DNA from: Neocallimastix sp. 'constans'
Taxonomy: Eukaryota
Assembly: GCA_050613775.1 (NCBI GenBank)
Contig: JBODTK010000118.1
Location: 186,001-250,000, forward strand
Reading direction: 5' to 3'
Length of the DNA stretch: 64,000 nucleotides
Shown here: positions 34,103-55,877 of the stretch, one piece after another
Numbering within the stretch: position 1 is the stretch's first letter
How the letters are laid out: every line of letters begins with the position of its first letter
Notes under the pieces: model-generated
Databases searched by the model: none
The model's input: the letters and a program-made list of their open reading frames with translations, nothing else
Told to the model about the DNA's origin: nothing
Position numbers and translations under genes: made by a program

Positions 34103-36432
34103 ATAGATATAATATTATATTTTATTTAATTTCATACATCATAATTAATGATTATATAAAATTTATATTTTATATTATTATTATTACTTTTTTAAATAAT
34201 AATTAAGAATTCATTTATTTTTATACTATATTCAATAGTCTTAATAAATTTGTAATAATTCTTATATTTATTAAAGTTTCAAATAAAATTTTAAAATAAG
34301 TGTATTTCCTGCTCTACTTTCATATTAAAATATTCATCCCTCCATTTGGTATATAAAATAATATTTCTTCCTTTTTTTTCTAATATGTTGTTTTTGTTAT
34401 AATAGAGTAAAAATATACATTTTGTCCTATTATTTTATAATAAAAAGGAATATTTGAAAATAATATATATATTGATTTTTTACGGAATGAATCTTCTTAT
34501 TGGGCAGAAATATGGTATTTAAAATCGTATCGATAAACCCCACTGGAAGGAGGGAGGAAGAGTATTTTTTTTTTTTTTTCAAATTTCTTTTTTTTTTTTT
34601 TTTTGGAAATGTAAATTTTCTTACTAAATATGTCTATTGTAATGAATTTAAAAATTTACTATATTTATTTAATTCTATATTATTATAATTTTTTATTTTA
34701 ATTTAAAATTATATTTATATATTTTTATTATTCAGTATTAAATGATTAATTATTAATGTGAGATAGACGTATATCAACTATAATTTTACTTTATTTTCAT
34801 TATCTTTTAAATAATGAAAAAGTATGGCATATTACAGATTTTCTGTTTTAGATAAATCTTTTTTTTTTATACTTCCACCAATAAAAAATATTATGTTATC
34901 TCTTTTCAGTAATAAAAAAAATATAAATTTATTTATTTATATTTTTTACTCCTAAATTAATTTATTAATTTTATTCAATTATTCATATATTTTTAGCTAT
35001 TTATTTTAATTATTTTTATAATTATTATATATTTATTTTTTAAATGTTAATTATATTTTCTATATTTTCAATTTAATTTTATTTTATAATTATTTCGCTA
35101 TAAGCCTTATTATTAGTTTATATTTAATTTGTTAAAATAAAAAAAAAAGTCTTTTGAGTTATTATTTAGGAGTAGAAATAAAAAGTTCTAATTATAAGAC
35201 ATGAAATATAGGGTGATGTTTTGAAAAAGGTATTTTTATATATCTATTTAATAATTTAAAAGTTCCATAATTTTAAATACTATCTAAGATCATTATTTAT
35301 AAGAAGTTAATTTGAAATATTTTTATTATTAAAAATTGAAGGTGCTTTCATCTAAACTAAATTATCTTTTTTAAATGCTTAAAGTGGCATTTTTTCTGTG
35401 TATATAGAAAATTATTAAAATATATATATAATTATTAATATATAATATATTAATGTTTTTTTTAATCCATTTTATAAATATTAATTTCATCTTATTACAA
35501 TTTGTATAGATATATTCAATCAAGCCACTTATTCTAAACATTCATGTATTAATGTAATATTATAAATCTTTGTGTAATAAGAAAATTAAAATATATAAAA
35601 TTAAAATATTATTTAACAGAAATCTTAATATCTTAATAATTATTGATATAATAAATAACCATTTTTAATTATATATAATATTATTATTTTTAATTATATA
35701 TAATTTTCTTAATTTTTTTTTAAAATATTTAATTTTAAAATTTTAATATAAATAATAATTAATAAAATATTTTTCAAAATTTATATAAATCTTCCCATTT
35801 TTTTTTTATTTAAAAAAAATTTGATTTTTTCTACAATTATTAAAAAATAAATAAAACATAAAGAAATTTTAAAGATAATTAGTAAAAATTCTAAAAAGAA
35901 TTTCCATCTATACAGTTTTATATTTATTTATTTATTATTATTATTACTTTTTTTTTTTCAATTTGTTATTAATATATATATAATATAAAATTATTTTATA
36001 TTACATTGTATACCCTCAATTTTAATAAAGTAAAAAGTAAATGTTTATTGAAAATATCGAAAGTTTGTAAATCTAATATATATTTTATAATAATTATTTA
36101 ATAAATAAGCATATATGATATTTTTTTTATATATTTTTAAAAAATTTATTTATGAATTTTTAATAATTAAAAAAATAAATATTTTTTTAAAGAAAAAAAA
36201 AATATATATATATATATATATATCAATAATTTTATATTAATCTAATTATTTTATATATTTTTTATAAAAAAATATTCCTTTCATTCAATTCAAATTTAAA
36301 AGTAAAATAGGGATATTAAAATATAATATATATATATTTTTTTCTTTATTTTATTTTTATTTTTATTTTTTTTACATTTATAAAACTCCATTTATTCATT
36401 ATACATAAAAATATATACCATATACCAGCAAA

Positions 36433-36535
36433 ATGATAATAGATAATGAAGCTAAAGAATTACTTAAACCCCATTTAATTACAATTTTGGAACCAATGTA
36501 AAATTTATTTTTTAATATATATATATATATATATA

Positions 36536-36601
<66 letters not shown>

Positions 36602-39600
36602 TATGTTTTTTTATTTATTAAAATTATATGAATTTTTTTGAAAGATGAAAATAATTAACGAATAAATAGATGGATATAAATATTTATATATTGGAAGAAC
36701 ATAGATTTATTTTATGATCTTCAATTGCCATATAAATTTAAAAATCAAAATATATTTAATAAGAAAAATTATAATAATGAATTTAATAAATATAGTATAT
36801 ATAATGATCCATATTTAGTAAATTTAAATAATATATTTATATAAAATTAAAAAATAAATAAATAAATAAATAAATAAATAGTATTTAGATTTCGAATTTA
36901 GCTTAAATATTTTTAGAATTATATAAATTTTTTTAAAAAAAATAAAAATTAATAATAATGATAATGATAAGAATTTATTAATGCTAATAAAAAATTTTTA
37001 ATTAATAAATACATTAAGTTGTGATGCTGATCCAGATACTTTAGGTAAATTTATGTAAAATTTATTTTAATATATCTCTATAAAGATTATTTTATAAATA
37101 GGATACTAAATAATTTTTATTTTTTCTTTTTTTTTTTTTTATTTAAAATTAATAATTTTCAGCTGATTATGTTATTGCCTTAATTGAACATGATGCTCCT
37201 AATAAAGAATTAAAAAATTTATGTATTAGTCAATTAGAGGAATTTTTAAAGACAGGTAAAATTTCTATATTAATTTTAGGTTGAAATTAGAAATAAAATT
37301 ATATAATTTTTTGAATAATATTAATTATAAAACATCCAATTATTTTATTATTAGAAACCGAAAATTTTGTCAATCAATTATTTAAAATTATTGAAACAAA
37401 ATCATATCTTCCAGGATATTCAGAAAATAATAATAATAATAATAATAATAATAATTCTTCATATTCAAAACGTTCTAGAGATGATGTAAAGGAACGAAAA
37501 GAAGACAGTGATCATTCCGATGATGATAGAAATTTCAAGCATAGAAGAAAAACTAAGGATAGTAGATCTTCTTCTATTACAAGAAAACCGGAGCATGAAG
37601 AACAAACACAACAATCAAATAAAAAGCATAGAACGGATAATAAATCCAATAATAAATCATCGAATAGAGAACACAATGATAATAGACATCAAAATAATAG
37701 AAATTCCTTTCAAAAAAATAATTCACAAGAAAAAGATAACAACAATAATAATTCGAATAATGATAATAAATTGGGGAAAAGAAGAAGAAATGAAAATGAT
37801 AATGATAATCCAAAAGGAAATGGAAAATATATTCGTAATAATAATAATAATAATTTAAATGAACAAAATAATCAAAATCGCTTCCGTGGTAGAAATCAAC
37901 AACAGTTTAGAAACAATAATAATAATAATGGAATGCATCCAAGACAAAGATGTATAGATTATGATGGTAAAATGAAAAAATAATTCAAGTAGTTTAATAT
38001 ATATATATATACAAATAAAGAATTTAAAAAAAAAATCAAAAAAAAAAAAATATTAATCTTTTTTCCATATTTTTAATATTATACATAATATTTTTATTAA
38101 CTTATATATATATATATATAATATTTTATAATTATATAAATATTATACTATGAATGTTTTATTTTAATTCGTTTTATTTTTTAATTTAAATATTAATGAC
38201 TGTCGTAAATTTATTTTAATTCAATATAATAGAAAAGGGTTATTGTTTAAGAGGAAATATGTGTCCATTTGATCATGGTATGGATAGAATTGTAGTAGAT
38301 GAATTAGGTGCTACTAATAGAAGAAACTTTGATAATATGATGAATAACAATATACCACCCAGAATGATGCCAGGAATGAATCAAAATAACTTTTATAATC
38401 AATTTATGAATAGAAATAATGTATTTGATAATGATAATTCATTTCGTAAGTAAATTATTTTTATAAAATATTTATATATTTATATATATTAACATATTAT
38501 ATATTAAATTAATTTATTAAATATATATATAACTGAACTGTATATTATTTTATATATTATTTCATTTTTTTTTTAAAAAAAAAATATAATTTTATCTATA
38601 TATTATATGTATTATAATTATATATTTATATTTATATGTTTATATATTTATTTATTTTTGTGATGTACATGTATATTATTTAATGTTTCATTTAAATAGT
38701 GAATACCGAAGGTTATGATCCTGAACAACCATCCTATAAATCGAATATTGGTCCATCACAGTGGGGAAATAGTGTCATTGATAACAACAATAATAATAAT
38801 TTAAATAATAAAATTACAAATGAGGATCAGAATTTATTGAATCAATCAAATAATGACAATTCAAAACAAAATAATAGTTCTCAAAATATAACGAATAATA
38901 GAGGTAGAGGCAGAGGAAGAGGAAGAGGAAGAGGTGGCTTTAGTAGACATAGACAATCATCAGTAAAACAACCTATATTAAATATAGAAAATATACCCGT
39001 TGAACATTTTGCTATTGACAAAATCAATAATTATTTCAAAAAATTTGGTACTATTATAAATATAAATCTTGATCCAAGACATTACAAAGCTACCATTCAA
39101 TTTAGTCAATATAGTGAAGCTAATCAAGCTTACAGTAGTCCAGATCCAATTTTTGGTAATCGTTTCGTTAAACTCTATTGGGCTAAAACTGAAACAGAGG
39201 AAAATGAAAATTCAACAACTAATGAAAATGATGTAAATGCTAATGCTAATGCTAATACCACTTCCAATTCAAAATCAGCAGAAGAAGAAAAACAAGAACC
39301 TCCACTATCATCAGAAGAAATGGATCAAATCAATAAAATGAAAAAATCAATGATTAGCAAACAATTAGAAAAACAAAAAGCATTCATGAAACAAGTAGAA
39401 AATCCGGGACTCACTAAACCAGAAAAAGAAGAAATTTTAAATAATATTAAATTGATTACGGAATCTGTTAAACATATTATGAATGCATCTCCACAACATA
39501 TTAAAGTACTAGCTGGTAATATATTACAACAACCTAAAGAACCCAACAAACCAGAAACTTCAACAGATACTACAAGTACTACAGCCACTAAACCTACAGA

Positions 39601-40986
39601 AGAAACTGAAAAATCCACCGAAACAACCACTAAATTAACAACAGAAGAACAATCTCTAAAAGAAAAAGTTGAATCACTAAAAGCGGAGGTAAGCCTAAAA
39701 AATAAAAAAATTAAAATAAATAAATAAATTTTTAAAAAATAATAAGGAAATAAAATAAAAAAAAAATAAAATAAATCGACTGAATGCTAATATTTTTAAT
39801 ATATATAATATTATTAATATTCAATAAAAATATATATTTTTTATTATATAAAATTATTTTGTAAATTATTATATATATATAATATTATTATTACTATATA
39901 TTATTTTATTAATTTATTAAAAATCAAAGGCACAATCCCTTGGAATTGATCCTTCCTCTTTAACTGCTACTTCAACAGCCTCTACCCTTTCCTTAAGGGG
40001 AAGAGGTGGCTATCGTGCTCGTGGAAGAGGTTTATATCCTTGGGGAAGAGGAGGTCGTTCATTTAAATTGGATAATCGACCCACTAAATTATTAATTAAA
40101 GGTTTTTCAAAAGAAAATCAATCCACAATTAAGCATCACTTTGAAGTAATTATAAATATTTTTATTATAATACCAAAAAAAAAATATTTATATAAATTTT
40201 ATATTTAAATTATATATTTTTTTTTTTTTATTTTTATTTATTTATTTATTTATTTATTTATTAATATATTTATTTATTAATAATTTATTTCAATTTAATA
40301 ATAATTTAATAAATATCATATAATTGTTATTATTATTAATTTTTTTTTTTTCCATACTATTATTATAATAATTTATATAGCTATTTGGTTTAGTAGAAAA
40401 TTATTATGTCAGTAAAGATGGTCTATCTGCTATTGTGCATTATCAAACTCGTCGTGAAGCAGAACAAGTAAAATCAAAAATTAAAATAATTAATATCAAT
40501 TATAATAATATTTTATAAATTAAATTATAATAAAAAATAATAATAATATGTATCAACAATTCAAATAAATAAATTATAATAATATCTATTAATATTTCTT
40601 TGAATAATATTATTCATTGTAAAAATAAAAAGGCTCTTGCCTATGGTAAAAAAGTAGAAGGAATAGATGATACACTTGAACTATCGTGGTTTACTGAAAC
40701 TCCGGATCCTAATCTTTATGAAACTCCAACTCCAACTTCTACCACCCCAGGTGCTTCTAATGCTGTAGCCGAAGCTTTAGCTCAATTAGCCGATAAAATT
40801 AATAAACTTAAAAATCCAGAGAATAAAGCTCTGGCCAATCTTTCCTCTACATTAGAAAATTTAAATAAATCTGAAAATAAAACGACAACCGCTGATGAAA
40901 CCATCACTACCACTACTACTACCGTGGAAGAAACAAATGAAATAGTAGAAAAGAAAGAAGAAAAGAAAGAAGAAGCTTCAATATAG
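36433..40986 (+). CDS. RBM26: RBM26/RBM27-family RNA-binding protein (PWI, CCCH zinc finger, RRMs)
   Basis: LEPICDADPDTLADYVIAL (PWI), RCIDYDEKGYCLRGNMCPFDHG (CCCH), INNYFKKFGTIINI..PIFGNRFVKLYW (RRM), RG repeats, KLDNRPTKL plus a second RRM. Confidence 0.93.
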
Positions 40987-41025
40987 TTTTTTTTTTTTTT
41001 TTTTTTTTTGTTTTTTAAAAAAAAT

Positions 41026-41063
<38 letters not shown>

Positions 41064-41559
41064 AATTAAATAAATAAAAATAAAAATAAAAAGATTACAA
41101 TAATTTATCAATAATATTTAAATAAATTATTTTATACAAATTATTGTTATTTAAATAATAATAATAATAACAGTAATTTTTATATTGAATATCTTTCTTT
41201 TCTCTTCTTTTATTTTCTTTTCTTTATATATATATATATTGAAAATATTTCATTCAATCTAAAATTTCTATTCATATATAACTAATTTAAACTTTTAATA
41301 TTGAAATTTTAAAAGTTTTTTTTTTATTATTATAAAATAATTTTTTTTTTTATATTTCTTATTTGTATTATCAAATTTTCATTTTTACTTTTTACTTTTA
41401 TTTTTTTTTTTTTTTAATATAAATAAATATATTTATATATTTATAAAATAATAAAATAAAAATAAAATAAATATTCATATAATAATAATTAAAAAAAAAA
41501 AATTAAAGTGTCAAACACTATAAACTTTGTGTAAATCTAAATAATATTAATTTAATATT

Positions 41560-41805
41560 ATTATTTATTATTTATTATTTATTATTTATTATTTATTATT
41601 TATTATTTATTATTTATTATTTATTATTTATTATTTATTATTTATTATTTATTATTTATTATTTATTATTTATTATTTATTGTTATTTATTATTTATTGT
41701 TATTTATTATTTATTATTTATTATTTATTATTATTTATTATTTATTATTTATTATTTATTTATTTATTATTTATTATTTATTTATTATTTATTTATTTAT
41801 TTATA
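41560..41805. repeat. (TTATTAT)n heptamer microsatellite
   Basis: Directly visible tandem array. Confidence 0.85.
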
Positions 41806-43153
41806 TATTTTGTATTATTTTAATTTTAATCTTTTTTTTAATTAAAATTTTTCACGTTTAAAATTGTTTTTTTTTATTTTTGGTATTAAAATAAAATAGT
41901 TGCTATATATTAACAGTATAATGTTTAATTTAAATTAATATATAATTTCTACGATCAATTATATATATAATATATTAATAAATAAATGAAGATTAAAGCA
42001 TGATTGGATTTATTTCTAAACAAAAAATTTAAAATTATTTTATTAATTATTAAAGTTTAATAATAATTAGAATTATTTTATGATTATTAAATATTATATA
42101 ATTAATATTAAATATATTATAATTTATTAATAAATATTAAAAGATATATATCATTTAATATTAAATATATTATAATTTATTAAGTAGTTTGTGTTTATTT
42201 TTGACTTTGCTTTTTTCTTTTTAATAATTTTTTTAAAAAAAAAAGAATAGAATAATAAATATTGAAAATAGAAAAAGCAAAACCAAAATAATAAAAATAA
42301 TATGGAAAAAAAATAAACTTAATTATTCATTTTTGTATATATATACTGATGAATGATAAATAGCTTTATAATAGTTTAATAATAAAACAGATAAATATAT
42401 ATTTTTTTATTTTATAAATAACTTTTAAATCAATGATATAAAAAATTATAAAAAATAGAAACAAGAAATGAACTTATATTAATATTCATTTTATTTATTT
42501 ATCATTTCATTATTTATTTTAAATAAAATTTAAACTTTTCTCAATTTTGAATTATATTAAATATATATTAAAATTATAAAAAAAATTTTTTTTTAAAAAA
42601 AATCTTTCATTCTATTTTTATAAAATCTGTATCATTTAATTAAATAAACAAATACTAGATCATTAAATAAATAATTAGAATAATTAAATAAATATACTTA
42701 ATAAATTAATTAAATATAATATTCTTATTAAATGAATAAATAAATATCTAAATAAAATATAAATAATTAACTATATATATATATATATATTTTTTTTTTG
42801 TTTAAACTTTTTTTATTTATAGTTTTATTTTAAATAATTTATCATTTCAAATTTCAAAACAAAAAATAGTAAATTATTTGAAAATATCATTATATATTTT
42901 AAATATTATAAATATTCATTATTCCATTTATTCAAAGAGAACTAGAAAAAAAAAAAAGTAATAAATAAAACATAAAATTCATATTTTAAATTCTTAAATA
43001 ATATCATACATTTTAAAAAGAATTATTTAAGAATTAAAATAATACCAACGAAACTAAATATATATATATATGAAAAAAAAAATAATAACAATAAAAATTA
43101 AAATAAACGTAAATACTATCGTATTTTTAAACTAAATATTACTATTATTTGAA

Positions 43154-43709
43154 ATGAGTAAAAGAAGTAGAAATGATGACTATGATAATGAACAAACCAA
43201 GGTATTGAATTAATATAAAATTAATATTATTAATACATTTAATATGTAAAAATGAATTTTATATTTATTATTATATTTTTATTTTTCTATTTTTTATTTA
43301 AAATATAAATTGAAAATTATCAATTATTATTATTTTTTAATTTTTAATTTTCTATACACTTAAAATTATATATTGATTATTTTTTTTTTAAAAAAAAAAA
43401 AAAAAAATTTAAAATTAAATATATATTTTTATAAATATCATGTTATTATTATTTTTTTTGATTTGAAAATAAATCTAGAAATTTTTCTCAACAAACACTG
43501 AATATAATTTAAACCCACAATCAAATAGAAAATTTGAAAATCAAATGGATATATGCTATGATTCAAGTAATGACGATATTGAAATTAATGATTTCAATAA
43601 TACTACAGCAAAAGTTGTTTTAGTAAAAGAAACTTCAAGTGCTGAAATCTTAAATATGGACTTTTATCCAAATTTACATAGACATATAATAAATAAAGTT
43701 GGTTGGTAA
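43154..43709 (+). CDS. Hypothetical 92-aa two-exon protein
   Basis: Exon 1 43154-43201 (AAG|GTATTG) and exon 2 43479-43709 (TCTAG|AAA) join in frame: MSKRSRNDDYDNEQTKKFF...MDFYPNLHRHIINKVGW*. Confidence 0.65.
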
Positions 43710-43817
43710 ATTAAAAAAGAAGAAGAAAAAACTGAAAAATGAAATTTAATATAAATTTAAATTCAAATTTCAAATAAAATTTCAAATCTATTCTAAATTC
43801 TAATTTCAATTATAATT

Positions 43818-43866
<49 letters not shown>

Positions 43867-43937
43867 TAATTAAATGTTTTATACAGAAACAAACAAACAA
43901 ACAAACAACAACAACAAAACAAAAACAAACAAACTAA

Positions 43938-43977
<40 letters not shown>

Positions 43978-45359
43978 ACATAAATATATTTATCCCCACA
44001 TATTTTTTTTTTATTAAATTTTTTAAAAAATTAAAAAAAAAAATGAAATAAAAAAAAATTATATTTATATTTTCAAATAATTTAAATCTACAATATCTAT
44101 TTTGTTATATATTTTTTTATCTTGATATTATCTTAATTCTCACCATATATTTTTTATATTTAATATATTTTAATTAATGTATATCAACATATACTATTGT
44201 AAAATTCATTATACTTTAAAATAAAAAATGATAAAAATTTTATTTAAGTAAAAGATTTATTAATAACCTATATTATTATAAAATTAATTTTTTATTCTTT
44301 TGTCATTCAAAATTAGTATATATGTTAAAAGTATTTTTGATTATAACTTAGTATAGTATAAATGTATAAATAGTAATAATAATTATAAATTTTTTGTTAA
44401 TATAATCTGATAGTATCCTGATTTTATAATATAACATAATATATCAAACCATATTTTTATTATATATTCATATTTTTATTGATAAAAACATTTCAATAAT
44501 ATAAACTTTTAACAATAAAATGAAATAAAAAAAATACCTATATATTTATTTAAACTATTTTTTTTATTCTCTTTTATTAATGAATTAAAAGTATTATTCT
44601 TGTTCTTAATTCGTTATTATTAATATTTAATAAATTATTCAACCTTTATTAATCTTGTTAATAAAGTTCTTTTAATTTTGAAAAGTTTTTTTTTTTTTCT
44701 CTCTAATTTTGAAACTTTATTATAATTTTTTTATTTTATATATATATACATATAACTAATATAAATAATTAATATATAATTCTTATACTCATCATAATAA
44801 AATATTAATAACAAAAAAAAAAATAAATAAATAAATAAATAAATAATAATTAATAAATATAAAAATAAATAAATTATTAATAAATAAAAATTCTTATATT
44901 AAATAAAAAAAATGACAGATATAGTTATATTTTAACTTGATTTTTGGTTTTATTATTAATATTTTTTATTATTATTATTATTATTTTTTTTTTTTTTTAG
45001 GAAAAATATACCATAATCGATAATAGCAGTAAATAAATAAATAAAAAAAAAAAAAGAAATAAACAATTTTATAAAAATTATTTACTATAAAAATTTTATA
45101 TAAATCATTCGGAGTTCATCACTTTCTTTAAATTATTTTTTTTATATTATAAAATTTTAATATATAAAATAATAAATAACATATAAAATAACAAAAATAT
45201 GTAGTGTAACATTTTTTTTAAATCATTAGAAAGTTTAAAATAAAAATTATTAATTAATTTAAAAAATTAGTAAAACTTTTTATTTTTTATAAAAATTAGA
45301 AATAAAAACTTTAATTGATTTTTACTATTACAAACTTAATATTTTAAATAAAAAAAATT

Positions 45360-45396
<37 letters not shown>

Positions 45397-45653
45397 AAAT
45401 CCATTTACTTTCTTATTTCTTTAGATTTAGAATAATAAATAATTAGAAATTATATAATAATAATATCTGGAGTAATAAAATAATAAAATAATAATAATAA
45501 TAATAATAATAATAATTCATTCAAAATAATTTAATGAAAAAAGCAAATATAATACATACAATTTTCTATAAAATAGTATTATAAATAGAAAAACACAAAT
45601 AAGAATAAAAATAAAAATAGATAAAAATTAATCGAAAAAAAAAAAAAAAAAAA

Positions 45654-51675
<6,022 letters not shown>

Positions 51676-51970
51676 AAAATGAAAATATATTAAAAAGAAT
51701 AAGTAAATAACAAAAATATATATAGATATTAAAAAAAGAAAATATAATAAAAAAAATAATAATAATATGTGATATTAATATTTAGGAATGATTACAAATA
51801 ATCAATAGATTTATGAATTTAATAAATAATAATATATTTATTTTTTTTTTTTATTTTTGATTTTTTGTCTTTTATTTTTTGTTTTTTATATATAATACTT
51901 AAGAATAAAGCTATTTATATATATATATATATATATGCTTAGATATTTTTTTAACTAATTCATTTTATTT

Positions 51971-52011
<41 letters not shown>

Positions 52012-52309
52012 ATGGTTCAGCAATTTAAATAAAAAGTATAAAAAAAATTATACTATAAAAACTAATATAACAATAATATTTTTTTTCTTAATACTGAAAA
52101 TAGAGAATTTAATGTATATATATTATATAATAAACTAAGATAAATATCATATTTAATAAATAATAATGGAAAACTTTATTAAAAAAAGATAATATTAAGA
52201 TAACTGTAATTACAGTTAAAATTAGTATTGTTTAATATATTGTTCTTTTCAAAAAAAACAAGTATAACAATAGCACTGTCATTAAAGATTATTTAATTTG
52301 TTTTTAAAT

Positions 52310-52842
52310 TCATTGACAATTCCTTAATAAGACTAAATTTCTTTAACCACCATATTTGAAAATTCATTTTCATGAAAATCTTTTGGATTATTTTTTTTTA
52401 TTTTATTTCTTCTTTCTTCTTCTTCTTTCGAGAAACCAATGAATTTTCATAACAAAGAAGAAAATTATGATGATAATATTAAATTTTATGTACTATGTTT
52501 CCTTCTTGGTGAAAATGCAGTATATGAAATATTAAAAATTGTTTCGGGAGAAAGAAGGCATTTTATTAATAATATCTTTCAATCACCTTCGAGTAAGTCT
52601 TCTTTCCCGATTTCATATTTAATGGGACTTATTGAATTCCTTACTAATGGTTATACCTGTTGTTAATTATTGATTTTTACACTCTGATAAATTTGTATAC
52701 CATTAGATTCGAATAATAATTTATATCTTCATAGATTTATCATTATTATTGGGAAGAGTTTGAGGCCAATTCTTCCTCGGAACTCATAACATACTATAGT
52801 AATATTAATGTAAAAAAATTTTATTAAATAAAATTTATTCCT

Positions 52843-52874
<32 letters not shown>

Positions 52875-52970
52875 CTCGTACCAACTTGTACATATGAACC
52901 AAATATTTGATCTATATCAATAGGTTTCTTTTTATTTTTTTTATTCATTCATTCTTCATTTTCAACATTT
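52310..52970 (-). pseudogene. Possible decayed gene
   Basis: Coding-like composition. The minus strand gives KKPIDIDQIFGSYVQV, a GT..poly(T)..AG intron-like gap at about 52795-52881, then frames interrupted by several stops. Confidence 0.35.
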
Positions 52971-53352
52971 ATTATTGATCTTATGTTAATAAATAAATAA
53001 ATAATAATAAAACTATTATTATTATTATTATTATTAGTTAATTAATTTTTATTAAACAAAATTGTAATAATTATATTAATAATTGCTTATGTAATTGTAA
53101 TAGTCTTTGTAATAAAAGAAATTATTTTTTTTTAATAAATTATCTTTAAATTGTAAATAATAATAATAATAATATAAATAATAATATAAAAATTTATATA
53201 ATAGTTTTTTATTTAAATTATTATTTAGATATTTTTAATTTATTGTTTATTTATTAACTTAGGTATTTTTTATTAAAAAAAAAAAAAATTAAGAATAAAT
53301 AAGACTAAAATATTTTTTTTTATATTCTTATATGCTTTTTTCATTATTTTAA

Positions 53353-53387
<35 letters not shown>

Positions 53388-53468
53388 TATAGAAATTCCA
53401 TGATACAAAGGAAAAAAATATAATAATATTAATAATATTTTTTTTTCAAATATAACACTAATAAACAC

Positions 53469-53549
<81 letters not shown>

Positions 53550-54053
53550 AATAATAGACTTGAATAAAGTTAACGTATATATATAATATTAATATTTACA
53601 AATAAAAATCAAAGATAAAAATTAAATAATAATAATAATAGGTTAAAAATATAACCAAATAAAAAAAATTTTTTTTTTCAATATTGGTTTATTTTTTATT
53701 TTTATTATTATTATTAATATTATTATTATTATCATTTTTAATTTATATTTATTTAATTATTAATTTATATTTATATTATTTAATAATTTAAAATATACAT
53801 TTAAATAATGAAAAAGAAATAAAAAAAAAAAATAATAATTATTATTTATATTGTGATAAATATAAATTAATTATAATATATTTTACCATCTATAATTATA
53901 ATTATGATATATTGAATATATATGTATATAATTTTATACAAACTTTTTTTAATATTTATAATATTACATTAGTTTCTAATGTTATTGTTAGTTTTATTCT
54001 ATTATAAAAAAAAAAAAAAAAAAAAGAGAGAGATAAAAATTAAAGAAATATTA

Positions 54054-55786
54054 CTATATTAATCCGATGTTATCAAGATTTGTTTGATCTAGATTATCAC
54101 ACCAATCTAATATACCATCTGGATCTTCACCATTAAGTAATTTTTCAGTTTCTGAGGTGATATTTTTATTAGTGTTATTGCTTTTATTCATGGTATCTGC
54201 ATTGATTCCATTGGTAATCGTCTTATCTTTATCACTAGAATTAGAATGAATATTAAGATTATTGTCATTACCATTAACATTTAAATTGTTCTTTAATGAA
54301 GAATTGTTAATATTAACATTGTTCTTTTCATTAGAAAAATCATTGGTAACAACATTATCATTGGAAACTTTTAACGGTGACGTTGGTTTGTTATTGAAAA
54401 CTTCAACAATTTTTCGATTGGATTGAATTTCTTTATCTGCTATATCTGAAATTTCATTTTCATGATGATCTTGTATTTTATTATTTTTTTCTTGTTCTTT
54501 CTCATTCATACTTTGAATATTTTGTTCCCAGGGGCCAAAGGTTGGATCCATATTAGGAGATATATCAATACTTTTTTCATTCCCATTAATAATAATTTCC
54601 TTTTGATCTTTCGATAATGAATAATCATTCTCCGTAGTTCCCGGTTTTGCTCTTATTTGTAAAACTTTTTTATTATTTTTTTATTTTTTTAAATAATATA
54701 TAATTATCATATTTTGTAAATTTAATAATAAAAAAATATTAAAAATCAATAAAATAATAACCAAAATATATACATGTATATATATATATAGTTATTACTT
54801 ACTATTATCTCTAAATGCCAAATTATTTTCATTTTTTATCTTTTTATCTGTATATATATTATTATCTTCATTTTCAGGATCATTGACATTATTCCTTTTC
54901 ATTTTTTCCATTTCTTTTTGCATTTGTATTTCCTCCAATTCATTTAAGAACATATTATAATATTTTTCATTTTGAGTAATTTTATCTAAAATTTCCTTTT
55001 CTTCTTTTGTCAATGACATACTCAGCTTTTTTTTAAATTCTTTAATATCAACAACCTTAAGATAACGATGTCCAAATTTGTATTGATACAACCGACTATC
55101 TCTGATATTTACCATAGGTTTATTTTGACAATCGAAGTTTTCAATTTCATTCTTATTCTTATGATTTGACATCATAGCATGATATACATGATCATAATTA
55201 AGAGAAGTTGAATGATGATGATAGCCAAGATTTTGGTCAAGATCACGTTCTCGATCATTAATTATTTCATTTTTCATTTCTTGTTCTTCATTTCTTTTAT
55301 TTGTAATAGTAGTGGCCTTTTTAAATGATTTTTCTGAATCTATCTTGTTTTTCAATTCTCCAAAGAACTTCCTGATATAAGTAATTCGATCCGTATCCTG
55401 ATCAATAATATAAGTAAATTCATGTTTCTTTATATTTTCCATCACCTTCTCTATTAATGAACTTGACTTTTCAGTGACTTTACTCTTCGATTCTTCAGTC
55501 TGATTTTCGGTAGTTAATTTCTTACTTTCATCCTTTTTAGCAATATCTGGTTTAAAACTGGTTTTGATTGATTTATCTTTATACTTTGTATTGTTGGTAT
55601 TCTTCAATGATTTATCAATATTTTCATTTACTTTTACACCATGAACTACACATTTTTTTAGTGGGTTATCCACTTTATTTGTATGTTGAATAAATTCTTG
55701 ATTATTATTAGTTCTTTTTTTTTTATTTGTATTATTTTTTAAATTTTTTAAAATATGTATAAAAAAATATATTATCCATATTATAA

Positions 55787-55877
<91 letters not shown>

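Noticed and set aside
52439..52800. Stop-codon reassignment or programmed readthrough
   Set aside because: The interrupting stops are mixed (TGA, TAA, TAG) and all intact genes in the window end at standard stops, so decay is the simpler explanation.
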